Source: a virus (taxonomy: Duplodnaviria > Caudoviricetes). Taken from it: 34,309 bases of DNA. Made by a program: the position numbers and the translations under genes. Within the stretch, counting starts at the first letter, position 1, and each line of letters starts with the position of its first letter. Location of the stretch: positions 1 to 34,309 of IMG/VR virus record IMGVR_UViG_3300032303_000434; one strand, written 5' to 3'. The notes beneath the pieces are model-generated. The model saw nothing but the letters and a program-made list of their open reading frames with translations. It ran no database searches and was not told the DNA's origin. Below, piece by piece: positions 15,427 through 25,033 of the stretch.

Positions 15427-17031
15427 ATGGCCGTTAATCTTTCACCCGTTGGCGGCGTCGCGCAACAATTTTTTGATAACAATGGTGTTATCTTGTCGGG
15501 CGGTAAAATATATACTTACGCAGCCGGCACTACTACGCCAAAAGCAACATACACGTCTTCGTCAGGCGCCACGCCACATACGAACCCAATTATTTTGGAT
15601 AGCGCAGGGCGTGTACCGGGCGGCGAAATTTGGCTGACTACAAATTCATCATATAAATTTACTATTGAAACATCAGCCGCCGTTTTGATCGGAACTTACG
15701 ATAATGTAACTGGCATTCCAGTTGACGATAGCCCAATTACAAACGCTTATGCGTCCCAAGGCACAGGCTATATAAATCTTGGTTACGGCAACGCGGGCGC
15801 GGCTGTAATCCGGGTAGGCGCAAATGATGCCAATAACGGGACGGGCGCGCTGCAAGTCGGCGGCGCCGGTCAGTTTGATAGCGGCAATGGTGCGTATGTA
15901 GTAAATGACGGGCATCCTAACTGGAACATAATACAGTCAACTATTCCGTTTAACCCAACAGAATGGAATATATACGGTAACGGCGTTGGTGGAGTTGCAG
16001 TTTCTACGGGCACAACGACCCTAACAAGATCAACTGGTCTTGCGTGGGGTTCATTTATGGTTGGCCTTACTTTGTGGTTTAATGGCATAGCTTACACGGT
16101 TGTTAGCGCCACCGCAAATTCAGCGGTATTAAATAGCGCGCCTCCAGCAGCTACTGCTTGCTGGCAGTTTGTTTATACGACAGGGTCTGGCACTTGCACA
16201 GTGTCAGGGTCTATCGTCACGCGTGTATCGGGCGATCCTTTTATACCAAATACTTTTGGTACGGGTTTTACTTTTTATATAAATGGTGTTGTTTACACTG
16301 TTACTAGCAGCACAAACTCAAACACGTGTACCATTGCATCCCCGCCGGGATCAGGGACGTACACATACAGCTATCGCACAAACATAAACAACCAAGTTGC
16401 TACTTTGCGATTGCAACTTACGGCTGGCGGAAGCGAAGAGAACCTTTCATTTTACGCTAAACCTTCTGGGTACGAAATTGGGCCCCAACAAAGCGGCAGC
16501 GGCAAACTTAGAAGTTTTAGCCTTAACTCTGAGTACCAACCCGTTGTAGAAATGGCTGCGTATGGTAAATTTGTTTCGCTTGGCGGACCACAAAATAATG
16601 AAGCGGCTCGTTTTTTATGGTTAAGCAACGCAATTAACAGAGTTGATTTTGCAGGCGCGCCGACTAGCATATCGCCAAACCTTCGCGGGCGTGGAACCGA
16701 CACTAATGTTGGCATAGGTTACGATACCCAAGGAATTGGGACTCACGTTTTCACGTCTAACTCTTTTTCAGCAATAAATTTTAAAGTTTTTGGGTCAAAC
16801 GCCCCCGACTATCTGTCTGTTGACGCGGGCGTAGCAACAATTCCGTTAGCGGCACAGGGTACGTCCACTAATATTGACATTCGGTTAATACCTAAAGGGA
16901 CGGGTGCTGTTCGGCTTGGGACAACAGTTCGATTTGGTTCGTTTGCAAGCAACGCGGACGCGCCGGTTAATGGGTATATTACGATTGTAGATGACGCCGG
17001 GACAGCGCGGAAATTAGCAACTATTGCTTAG
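15427..17031 (+). CDS. Tail fibre/spike with P22 head-binding-like N-terminus
   Basis: GGKIYTYAAGTTTP..TY...NPIILDSAGR attachment motif; G/T/S/N-rich beta body. Confidence 0.8.
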   Translation: MAVNLSPVGGVAQQFFDNNGVILSGGKIYTYAAGTTTPKATYTSSSGATPHTNPIILDSAGRVPGGEIWLTTNSSYKFTIETSAAVLIGTYDNVTGIPVDDSPITNAYASQGTGYINLGYGNAGAAVIRVGANDANNGTGALQVGGAGQFDSGNGAYVVNDGHPNWNIIQSTIPFNPTEWNIYGNGVGGVAVSTGTTTLTRSTGLAWGSFMVGLTLWFNGIAYTVVSATANSAVLNSAPPAATACWQFVYTTGSGTCTVSGSIVTRVSGDPFIPNTFGTGFTFYINGVVYTVTSSTNSNTCTIASPPGSGTYTYSYRTNINNQVATLRLQLTAGGSEENLSFYAKPSGYEIGPQQSGSGKLRSFSLNSEYQPVVEMAAYGKFVSLGGPQNNEAARFLWLSNAINRVDFAGAPTSISPNLRGRGTDTNVGIGYDTQGIGTHVFTSNSFSAINFKVFGSNAPDYLSVDAGVATIPLAAQGTSTNIDIRLIPKGTGAVRLGTTVRFGSFASNADAPVNGYITIVDDAGTARKLATIA

Positions 17032-17040
17032 AGGTGAGAT

Positions 17041-17220
17041 ATGAAATTAGATAGCGAAGAGCAACGAAATCTTTTGCTTCAGTTAATTGACAGCGTTCCG
17101 GTTCAAGGGAACGTAGCGCAGGTTTTACCTTTTGCAAACAAAGTGCAAGAGATTAAAGATTTGATTCTTCAAGCCGAAGTGGAACTTAACAGTTCGCTAG
17201 AAATGCTAATGAGCCGATAG
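17041..17220 (+). CDS. Small helical protein, possible fibre assembly chaperone (59 aa; not in ORF track)
   Basis: GAGGTGA RBS; MKLDSEEQRNLLLQLIDSVPVQG...; position after the fibre gene. Confidence 0.6.
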   Translation: MKLDSEEQRNLLLQLIDSVPVQGNVAQVLPFANKVQEIKDLILQAEVELNSSLEMLMSR

Positions 17221-17235
17221 GTGGCTTAACCAAGA

Positions 17236-17264
17236 TTGCCAGACTGCATTAAATGATGTAGTCT
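17236..17264 (+). promoter_or_regulatory. Putative sigma70 promoter for scaffold/coat with overlapping inverted repeat
   Basis: TTGCCA-17 bp-TAGTCT; AGACTGCAT/ATGTAGTCT inverted repeat (8/9) at 17241-17264. Confidence 0.5.
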
Positions 17265-17315
17265 AGCCTACAACCGTACTGATGCGGCTCATCAGGAACT
17301 CTTTAAGGGTTAAAC

Positions 17316-18104
17316 ATGGACGATAATGTCTTTACCGAAGCGGATGCCTCCGCGCCAGAACTCGAAGCCACGGCAGCAATCGAGCCTGTAGAAAACACGA
17401 CGCCGGAAGAGCAGTCTGCTGAACCTGAAGCAACTAAGACTTTTTCACAAGAAGACTTAGATGCCATTGTAGGCAAACGACTCGCAAGAGAGCAGCGTAA
17501 ATGGGAACGCGAACAGGCTCAAAGAGCAGAGGAAGTGCGGGCGCGGCAGCAGCCGATCCACGACATAACCCCTGAACAATTTGAGACTTATGAGGATTAC
17601 GCAGAGGTTTTGGCCGAACGTAAAGCCGAAGAAATGCTGGTACGCCGTGAAAGGGACAGCCAGCAACGTGCAATGCTAGAGTCGTATCACGAACGTGAAG
17701 AAGCAGCGCGGGACAAGTATGATGACTTTGAACAAGTCGCATACAACCCCAACCTTCCAATCACCGACGCGATGGCAATGGCAATACAAGCATCCGACGT
17801 TGGCCCTGACGTGATTTATCACTTAGGTATCAACACTAAAGATGCCCAGCGTATTTCGCGTTTAGACCCCATTTTGCAAGCTAGGGAAATTGGAATGATT
17901 GAGGCGCGGCTTTCAGCCGAACCTACATTCAAAAAAACATCTAACGCCCCTGCACCGATTGCACCTGTTAACGCCCGCACCTCTGGTGCGCCAACATTTG
18001 ATACGACAGACCCACGGGCCGTAAAGTCCATGAGTACGTCAGATTGGATTGAGGCAGAACGGCTACGGCAGATCAAGAAGTACGAGGCACAACGCAACCG
18101 ATAA
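17316..18104 (+). CDS. Scaffolding protein
   Basis: Acidic N-terminus, KTFSQEDLDAIVGKRLARE coiled coil, APAPI.PV and MS..DWI..ER C-terminus; precedes the coat gene. Confidence 0.85.
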   Translation: MDDNVFTEADASAPELEATAAIEPVENTTPEEQSAEPEATKTFSQEDLDAIVGKRLAREQRKWEREQAQRAEEVRARQQPIHDITPEQFETYEDYAEVLAERKAEEMLVRRERDSQQRAMLESYHEREEAARDKYDDFEQVAYNPNLPITDAMAMAIQASDVGPDVIYHLGINTKDAQRISRLDPILQAREIGMIEARLSAEPTFKKTSNAPAPIAPVNARTSGAPTFDTTDPRAVKSMSTSDWIEAERLRQIKKYEAQRNR

Positions 18105-18119
18105 ATTAGGATTATTTCC

Positions 18120-19328
18120 ATGAGTAACTCGATTTTAACCATCGACATGATCACGCGTAAAGCGCTTGAGATTCTCGAAAACAACTTGGTTCTTACCCGT
18201 AACGTAAACCGTCAGTACGATGACAGCTTTGCTGTTGAAGGTGCTAAGATTGGTTCAACCCTGCGTATCCGTCTTCCAGACCGCGCACTTGTAACTGATG
18301 GCGCAGCCCTTCAGGTACAGGATGACAACGAGCAGTTCACAACTCTGACCGTTGCCAACCAGAAGCACATCGGCGTTAACTTCACGACTGCTGAATTGAC
18401 CATGCAGCTTGACGATTTCGCTGATCGCGTTCTCAAGCCACGTATTTCGCAGCTTGCATCCAGCATCGACGCTGACGTTGCAAATGCGTTTTTAACCATC
18501 GGTAACACTGTCGGCACGCCCGGCACTACGCCATCGACTTCGGCTGTTCTTCTTGCTGCACAGCAGAAGCTCAACGAAAACGCTGCTGTAATGTCGCCAC
18601 GTTATGCCACTGTCAACCCAGCCGCTAACGCTGGTTTGGTCGAAGGCATGAAGGGTCTTTTCAACCCAACCGACACTGTCAGCAAGCAGTTCAAAAACGG
18701 CATGATGGGTACTGGCGTACTTGGTTTTGAAGAAATCAATATGTCGCAATCCATCAAGCAGTTTACCACTGGTTCGCGTACTGCAACTGGCGGAACGACT
18801 TCGGCGGCTGTTACTTCTGAAGGCGCAACCACCATCGCCATCACTGGCGCTGGTAACGCCGCTGTTGTCAAAGCTGGCGACGTGTTTACTGTGGCTGACT
18901 GCTTTGCGGTTAACCCACAGACCCGTGAAAGCACAGGTTCGTTGTTCCAGTTTGTTGCTCTAGCAGCAACTACGCTGGGTTCTTCGGGTGAAGGCAACAT
19001 CACTGTTGCTCCAATCTACTCGGCTGCACACGCGCTTGCTACCGTCAACACTTTGCCTGCTACCAGCAAGGCAATCGTGTTTGTTGGCGCTGCATCCACA
19101 CAGTACGCTCAGAACCTTGTATACCATAAGGACGCTATCACTTTCGCAACCGCCGATCTTCTGCTCCCACAAGGTGTAGATATGGCTTCGCGTCAAGTGC
19201 ATAACGGCATTAGCTTGCGCGTTGTTCGTCAGTATGACATCAACAACGACCGTATGCCTTGCCGTATTGACGTTCTGTATGGCTTCAGCACGATCCGTCC
19301 GCAAATGGCTGTTCGTCTCTGGGGTTAA
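18120..19328 (+). CDS. Major capsid protein, P22 gp5-like
   Basis: MSNSILTIDMITRKALEILENNL, KIGSTLRIRLP, CRIDVLYG...RP; 402 aa. Confidence 0.93.
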   Translation: MSNSILTIDMITRKALEILENNLVLTRNVNRQYDDSFAVEGAKIGSTLRIRLPDRALVTDGAALQVQDDNEQFTTLTVANQKHIGVNFTTAELTMQLDDFADRVLKPRISQLASSIDADVANAFLTIGNTVGTPGTTPSTSAVLLAAQQKLNENAAVMSPRYATVNPAANAGLVEGMKGLFNPTDTVSKQFKNGMMGTGVLGFEEINMSQSIKQFTTGSRTATGGTTSAAVTSEGATTIAITGAGNAAVVKAGDVFTVADCFAVNPQTRESTGSLFQFVALAATTLGSSGEGNITVAPIYSAAHALATVNTLPATSKAIVFVGAASTQYAQNLVYHKDAITFATADLLLPQGVDMASRQVHNGISLRVVRQYDINNDRMPCRIDVLYGFSTIRPQMAVRLWG

Positions 19329-19337
19329 TCTAATAAC

Positions 19338-19359
19338 GGCCCTCGGTTCGCCGGGGGCC
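19338..19359 (+). other. GC-rich hairpin after the coat gene (mRNA stabiliser or weak terminator)
   Basis: GGCCCTCGG-TTCG-CCGGGGGCC; no adjacent U-tract. Confidence 0.6.
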
Positions 19360-19382
19360 AAACATTCTAAAGGATTTTTACA

Positions 19383-19784
19383 ATGGCTATTCTACCTAAT
19401 GGCGCCGGCGGCTATCAAGTCGGTGATGGTAATCTTACCGAAATATCTTTCACTAACTTTACTGTTCCAGCAGCTTACACAGCTACCGCAACGCTTACTG
19501 TAGCTGATCTCGCAGCAGGCGTGATCATCTACACTTCATCCAGCACGGGCAACCTGACGCTTCCTACGGCGGCTCTTACTGACGCCGCATTTAGCAGCGC
19601 CAAAGTAGGTAGCTCGTTTGATATTGCGCTTGTTGCTACTAGCACTGGCGTACCTACCATTGTGGTTGGTACGGGTTGGTCGCTTGCAAGCACTTCTGGT
19701 GCTGGCGTTGCGTCCAAGAGCGTTCTATTCCGCGCCGTCAAGACCGGCGACGCGGCGTATTCGCTGTACCGCATCGCAGGTTAA
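19383..19784 (+). CDS. Probable head decoration/minor capsid protein
   Basis: Follows the coat gene; TLPTAA motif; A/T/S/G-rich. Confidence 0.6.
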   Translation: MAILPNGAGGYQVGDGNLTEISFTNFTVPAAYTATATLTVADLAAGVIIYTSSSTGNLTLPTAALTDAAFSSAKVGSSFDIALVATSTGVPTIVVGTGWSLASTSGAGVASKSVLFRAVKTGDAAYSLYRIAG

Positions 19785-19789
19785 TTGGT

Positions 19790-19819
19790 TTGCCCCGGCT
19801 ACGGTCGGGGCAACCTTTT
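19790..19819 (+). terminator. Hairpin/weak terminator with C(UACG)G tetraloop
   Basis: TTGCCCCGGC-TACG-GTCGGGGCAA followed by CCTTTT. Confidence 0.55.
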
Positions 19820-19832
19820 CAGGAGAAAACCA

Positions 19833-20246
19833 ATGTCTAATACAAAATCTATTGGTGTTGCTTTCCTCGACCAAGATATTATTGGCGCACAATATATTTT
19901 GGCTGACGAACAAATCGGCTACACCGCCGCGGCGCAAGGTACGGTTACGCAGGCGACAGATAAGTCAACTGCCGTTACGCTGAACAAGCCTGCTGGCCGT
20001 ATCACTATGAACAACGCGTCTTTAACCACTGCAACTAACGCTACGTTCACGCTGAACAACAGCTTCATTTCTGCAAATGACACTGTTATTCTTACTATCT
20101 CTGGTGGTCAAACAACCCCCGGATCATACAACGTGTTTGCTAATGCGCTGGCCGCTGGCACTGTCAGCATCACGCTACGTAACATTTCTGGCGGTACGCT
20201 ATCAGAAGCGATTATCGTAAATTTTGCAATCATCCACTGTACATAA
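19833..20246 (+). CDS. Probable virion structural protein (137 aa)
   Basis: AGGAGA RBS before ATG 19833; GTVTQAT.KST.VTLNK..G.ITM motif; beta-rich. Confidence 0.7.
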   Translation: MSNTKSIGVAFLDQDIIGAQYILADEQIGYTAAAQGTVTQATDKSTAVTLNKPAGRITMNNASLTTATNATFTLNNSFISANDTVILTISGGQTTPGSYNVFANALAAGTVSITLRNISGGTLSEAIIVNFAIIHCT

Positions 20247-20252
20247 ATAATT

Positions 20253-20279
20253 TGGGCGGCTTTCGGGCCGTCCATTTTT
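20253..20279 (+). terminator. Rho-independent terminator
   Basis: TGGGCGGCT-TTCG-GGCCGTCCA followed by TTTTT. Confidence 0.7.
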
Positions 20280-20291
20280 AAAGGTTTTTTT

Positions 20292-20471
20292 ATGGCTGTT
20301 ATCTATCTTGTTCACGATGTCCACGGGGCAAAAGTTGCTATCTCAGAAGAAGAAGCGATTTGTGATGAAGATTTCGGCTGGGAACGCTATAATCCTGACG
20401 AGCCTGTAAAGGAGTCAGTCAACGAAATGCCGGCAGCCAAAGGCCGCCGCCGCACAGCGCAGGAAGATTAA
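20292..20471 (+). CDS. Hypothetical protein (59 aa; not in ORF track)
   Basis: MAVIYLVHDVHGAKVAISEEEA..DE..GWERY...; AAGG RBS. Confidence 0.7.
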   Translation: MAVIYLVHDVHGAKVAISEEEAICDEDFGWERYNPDEPVKESVNEMPAAKGRRRTAQED

Positions 20472-20474
20472 CCA

Positions 20475-21185
20475 ATGGCAACTGCCGGTGACATAATTAA
20501 CGGTTCGCTTAGACTGCTAGGTGTTCTGGCAGAAGGCGAAGTTCCATCGGCTGAAACGTCGCAAGATGCGCTGACCGCCATGAACCAGATGATTGATAGC
20601 TGGAATACTGAACGCCTGTCCGTCTTCTCGACACAAGACCAAGTATTTACATGGCCCGCCGGCTTAATCAGCCGCACGCTTGGGCCTTCTGGCGATTTTG
20701 TTGGCAACCGCCCTATTCAGCTTGATGACAGTACGTATTTTGTCGATCCCGGCACGGGCGTTAGCTACGGCATCAAAATCATCAACCAGCAGCAATATGA
20801 TGGGATTGCGGTCAAGACGGTCACGTCTACGTTCCCGCAAGTCATTTGGCTGAACATGAATTATCCTGACATTGAAATGTACATCTACCCGCGCCCTACG
20901 CGCGCGCTGACATGGCATTTTATTTCTGTAGATGAATTGACGCAGCCCGCAACACTAGCAACAAATTTGGCTTTTCCGCCGGGTTATCTGCGTGCGTTCC
21001 GCTATAACTTGGCGTGCGAAATAGCGCCTGAGTTTGGTGAAGAGCCTTCTGCACAAGTTCGGCGGATTGCTATGTCATCCAAGCGTAATTTGAAGCGCAT
21101 CAATAGCCCCGGTGACATTATGTCTGTACCGTACAGCCTTATCGCTTCACGCCAGCGGTTCAACATCTACGCTGGGAACTATTAA
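20475..21185 (+). CDS. Head-to-tail adaptor, P22 gp4-like
   Basis: TAGDII..SLRLLGVLAEGE.P...DAL..MN.MIDSW; YNLACEIAPEFG. Confidence 0.8.
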   Translation: MATAGDIINGSLRLLGVLAEGEVPSAETSQDALTAMNQMIDSWNTERLSVFSTQDQVFTWPAGLISRTLGPSGDFVGNRPIQLDDSTYFVDPGTGVSYGIKIINQQQYDGIAVKTVTSTFPQVIWLNMNYPDIEMYIYPRPTRALTWHFISVDELTQPATLATNLAFPPGYLRAFRYNLACEIAPEFGEEPSAQVRRIAMSSKRNLKRINSPGDIMSVPYSLIASRQRFNIYAGNY

Positions 21186-22615
21186 TGAAAACGCCGATCC
21201 TTGGGTCGGCGTATGTCGCTAGAAGCGTCAACGCCGCCGATAACCGCATGGTCAACCTGTTTCCTGAGATTGTCCCCGAAGGCGGCAAGGAGCCAGCGTT
21301 TCTTCAGCGCGCGCCGGGGCTGGCTACTTTAGCTACAGTTGGCACGGGCCCTATACGCGGGTTATGGACCTACGGCGGCTATGGCTACGCTGTATCAGGT
21401 TCGTTATTGTACCAAATTGACAGTAGCTGGAATGCAGTTGCTAAAGGAATTATAGGCGGTTCTGGTCCTGTCAGCATGGCTGACAATGGTACACAGTTAT
21501 TCGTTGCGGCTAATCCTGACGGATATATATACAATGCCAACACTGACGTGTTTCAGCAAATTACCGACCCAGACTTCCCCGGTGCGGGCACGGTCGGATA
21601 TATTGACGGCTATTTTACATTCAATGAACCCGAAACGCAGAAAATCTGGGTTACTCAATTACTGGACGGAACGAGCGTTGATCCGCTGGAGTTTGCCAGC
21701 GCCGAAGGCAATCCCGACAATGTTGTTGCGGTCTTTGTGGACCACCGCGAAGTCTGGGTATTTGGTACAAACTCAACCGAAGTGTGGTATGACGCAGGGC
21801 TTCTCGATTTTCCGTTGGCCCGTATCCAAGGTGCGTTTAACGAACTAGGTTGCGCGGCCCCGTACAGCGTAGCTAAGATGGATAACCAAGTCTATTGGCT
21901 AGGTAAGGACGCGCGCGGCCAAGGGATTGTCTACAAGGCCGCAGGCTATATCGGTCAGCGCGTATCTACGCACGCTATCGAATGGCAGATGCAAGAATAC
22001 GCCGACTTGACAGATGCTGTTGGTTACACGTATCAGCAGGACGGCCACAGTTTTTACGTCCTAAACTTCCCTACCGCAGATACCACATGGGTCTACGATG
22101 TCGCTACGGGTGCATGGCATGAACGCGCGTCATTTGCGGATGGCGATTTTAACCGTCACCGGGCCAATAGTCAGATGTTTTTTAACAACGCGACTGTTGT
22201 GGGCGATTATGAAAACGGCAAACTTTATGAATTTGACTTAAACGTCTACGCCGACGATAGCACTCCGCAGAAATGGCTACGGTCATGGCGGGCGCTGCCG
22301 ACAGGCGCTAATAATCTGACACGTACTATCCAGCACGCGCTGCAACTTGACTGCGAGACAGGGGTGGGTTTGAACGACGGCCAAGGCAATAACCCGCAAG
22401 TCATGCTACGTTTTTCTGACGATGGCGGCCATACATGGTCTAACGAACAATGGAAGTCGATGGGCGCTATTGGCAAGTTTGGCAAACGTACCATTTGGCG
22501 CCGTCTTGGCGCTACGATGAAAATACGTGACCGCGTTTACGAAGTGTCTGGCACTGACCCGGTACGGATTTACATCATGGGCGCTGAATTAGCAATTAAC
22601 GGAACAAGCGCCTAA
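21185..22615 (+). CDS. Tail hub / DNA stabilisation protein, P22 gp10-like
   Basis: GPIRG, GPVSMADNG, FASAEG.PD, TYQQDGHSFYVL.FP, SDDGGHTWS, WRRLG. Confidence 0.88.
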   Translation: MKTPILGSAYVARSVNAADNRMVNLFPEIVPEGGKEPAFLQRAPGLATLATVGTGPIRGLWTYGGYGYAVSGSLLYQIDSSWNAVAKGIIGGSGPVSMADNGTQLFVAANPDGYIYNANTDVFQQITDPDFPGAGTVGYIDGYFTFNEPETQKIWVTQLLDGTSVDPLEFASAEGNPDNVVAVFVDHREVWVFGTNSTEVWYDAGLLDFPLARIQGAFNELGCAAPYSVAKMDNQVYWLGKDARGQGIVYKAAGYIGQRVSTHAIEWQMQEYADLTDAVGYTYQQDGHSFYVLNFPTADTTWVYDVATGAWHERASFADGDFNRHRANSQMFFNNATVVGDYENGKLYEFDLNVYADDSTPQKWLRSWRALPTGANNLTRTIQHALQLDCETGVGLNDGQGNNPQVMLRFSDDGGHTWSNEQWKSMGAIGKFGKRTIWRRLGATMKIRDRVYEVSGTDPVRIYIMGAELAINGTSA

Positions 22616-25023
22616 TGGCATTAGCCCCTCTCAACCCTACTAATATTACGCCGCCGCGCGTTGAATTTATCGACCCGCGGACAGGCGCAATTAGCCGTGA
22701 GTGGTATCGGTTCTTTTTGTCGTTACGAAATGCTACGCAGGCTACTCAAGAAGAAGTTACGTTATCGTCGGACACAGGGTCACTGTTAGCCACTTATGAC
22801 AATATGCTAATGACTGCAATCCAAGCGTCCGCAGTTACTTCTGATGGTATGGTGGCAACTCTAGAAAACAGCCTAAACAGTTTGCAAAATGCTTTTGGAG
22901 TTACCCCGCCTGATCTTGGCGGCACTGTCACTTCAGTTGCCGCGTCTGGCGGCACGACAGGCTTAACATTTACTGATTCGCCAATTACATCCAGCGGCAC
23001 ACTTACGCTCGGCGGTACACTGGCTGTAGCCAGCGGCGGCACGGGGCAGACTAGCTTTACCAATGGCCAGCTTTTGATTGGCAACACGACAGGCAACACG
23101 CTGACCAAAGCTACGCTAAGTGCTGGCACTAACATCACAATCACAAATGGCGCTGGCGCAATCACCATCAATGCTACAGACGCATTTGTCGGAACCGTTA
23201 CAAGCGTTTCAGTTGTGTCTGCAAACGGTTTTGCAGGAACTGTTGCTACTGCAACCACAACTCCTGCGATCACTTTATCCACATCGGTTACGGGTTTGAT
23301 AAAAGGCAACGGAACCGCGCTATCGGCAGCGGTCGCAGCAACTGACTACGTCGCGCCAAGTGCGTATGCTTCTGCCAATGGCCTGACAATGGCCACCAGC
23401 CGCCTGTTGGGGCGCACTACTGCCAGCACAGGCGCAGCCGAAGAAATCAGCGTAGCTGGCGGTTTGACGTTATCCGCCGGCGTTCTAACCGGCGCATCAG
23501 GCACAGTTACCAGCGTCACTGGCACGGCGCCAGTTGTATCTTCTGGCGGTACTACTCCCGCTATTAGTATGCCTGCCGCCACATCTTCAGTTAATGGATA
23601 CTTGACTAGCACTGATTGGACTACTTTTAATAATAAAGGTTCAGGCACTGTTACCAGCGTCACTGGCACGGCGCCAGTTGTATCTTCTGGCGGTACTACT
23701 CCAGCTATTAGTATGCCTGCCGCCACAACATCGGTTAACGGCTATTTGACTAGCACTGATTGGACTACCTTTAACAACAAAGGTTCTGGTACTGTCACTA
23801 GTGTCAGCGGCACAGGTACGGTCAATGGGATTACGCTCACCGGCACCGTGACTACATCCGGATCGCTAACGCTTGGCGGCACGCTGTCTGGTGTTAGCCT
23901 TACAACGCAAGTCTCTGGCACGCTACCAATCGCCAACGGCGGCACTAACGGAACATCTGCACCAACGGCAGGGGCTGTACCTTATGGAACCGGCACGGCG
24001 TATGCATTTACGGCTGCCGGCACATCTGGACAAGTGCTTACGTCCGCAGGGGCTGGCGTTCCTACATGGACAACCCCGACTACAGGTACAGTCACCAGCG
24101 TCACAGGTACAGCCCCTGTTGTTTCTAGCGGCGGTACAACTCCTGCCATTAGCATGGCTGCGGCCACAACGTCCGTTAACGGCTATTTGACCAGCACAGA
24201 TTGGACTACATTTAACGGTAAGCAAGCTGCATTAGTCAGCGGAACTAACATTAAAACCGTTGGCGGCGCGTCCCTGCTCGGTTCTGGTGATGTCGGCACT
24301 ATTGGCGCAACCTACGGCGGCACGGGTCAAAGCAGCTATGCGGTTGGCGACATCCTTTATGCGTCTACAACTACCGCGCTATCAAAACTAGCCGACGTTG
24401 CAACAGGCAACGCGCTCATATCCGGCGGGGTTGGCGTTGCGCCTTCATATGGTAAGATTGGCCTTACAACGCACATCAGCGGCACACTGGCGGTAGGTAA
24501 CGGCGGCACAGGCGCAACAACATTAACGTCTGGGTATCTCGTCAAGGGTAACGGGACATCGGCTGTCACCGCGTCTGTAGCTTACGATGATGGCACAAAT
24601 ATTGGGATTGGTACGACTACACCAAGCAAAAAACTTGAGGTAATTGGCCAATTTAGAGTTAGCGGGTTTGCGGCTTCAGGTTACGCATTAATTGAATATG
24701 GAACATCTGCAACAGCTACAAATAACTGGCACTCAGGGACTGAAGGTGATGGCACATTCCGTTGGTATAACGGAAATTTTGGTGCAGGTACAGAACGTAT
24801 GCGGATCACCAGCGCGGGTAGTGTTGGGATAGGCACAGCCCCTAACGCGTCGGCAATTTTAGATGTGCAATCAACTACCCAAGGCTTTCGCCTACCCAAC
24901 ATGACCACAGTGCAAAAAAATGCTATATCTAGCCCTGCCGCTGGTCTTATGGTATTTGATACTACGCTTTCCAAAGCCTGCGTATATAGTGGTGCAGCTT
25001 GGCAAACAATTACTTCAGTGTAA
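22615..25023 (+). CDS. Long tail fibre/needle protein with internal repeats
   Basis: gp26 position; many GTVTSV and L.VA.GGTG repeats; IGIGTTTP and ERMRITSAG.VGIGT fibre motifs. Confidence 0.82.
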   Translation: MALAPLNPTNITPPRVEFIDPRTGAISREWYRFFLSLRNATQATQEEVTLSSDTGSLLATYDNMLMTAIQASAVTSDGMVATLENSLNSLQNAFGVTPPDLGGTVTSVAASGGTTGLTFTDSPITSSGTLTLGGTLAVASGGTGQTSFTNGQLLIGNTTGNTLTKATLSAGTNITITNGAGAITINATDAFVGTVTSVSVVSANGFAGTVATATTTPAITLSTSVTGLIKGNGTALSAAVAATDYVAPSAYASANGLTMATSRLLGRTTASTGAAEEISVAGGLTLSAGVLTGASGTVTSVTGTAPVVSSGGTTPAISMPAATSSVNGYLTSTDWTTFNNKGSGTVTSVTGTAPVVSSGGTTPAISMPAATTSVNGYLTSTDWTTFNNKGSGTVTSVSGTGTVNGITLTGTVTTSGSLTLGGTLSGVSLTTQVSGTLPIANGGTNGTSAPTAGAVPYGTGTAYAFTAAGTSGQVLTSAGAGVPTWTTPTTGTVTSVTGTAPVVSSGGTTPAISMAAATTSVNGYLTSTDWTTFNGKQAALVSGTNIKTVGGASLLGSGDVGTIGATYGGTGQSSYAVGDILYASTTTALSKLADVATGNALISGGVGVAPSYGKIGLTTHISGTLAVGNGGTGATTLTSGYLVKGNGTSAVTASVAYDDGTNIGIGTTTPSKKLEVIGQFRVSGFAASGYALIEYGTSATATNNWHSGTEGDGTFRWYNGNFGAGTERMRITSAGSVGIGTAPNASAILDVQSTTQGFRLPNMTTVQKNAISSPAAGLMVFDTTLSKACVYSGAAWQTITSV
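23497..24222 (+). repeat. 144-bp (48-aa) coding repeats: two tandem plus one dispersed
   Basis: Units at 23497-23640, 23641-23784 and about 24082-24222 (GTVTSVTGTAPVVSSGGTTPAISM.AAT.SVNGYLTSTDWTTFN.K). Confidence 0.9.
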
Positions 25024-25033
25024 GGAATAAGAT

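Noticed and set aside
583-19832. Longer ORF-track starts (583, 2552, 5838, 6025, 6318, 8367, 8852, 19785)
   Set aside because: Downstream starts have clear RBSs or stop/start coupling; the extensions overlap neighbouring genes or hairpins
23497-24222. Diversity-generating retroelement TR/VR pair
   Set aside because: Repeats are in-frame and internal, differences are mostly synonymous rather than adenine-specific, and no reverse transcriptase is present
22794-24974. Long antisense ORFs opposite the fibre (and similarly opposite the coat gene)
   Set aside because: Shadow frames expected from Thr/Gly/Ala/Val-rich coding; no RBS or motifs
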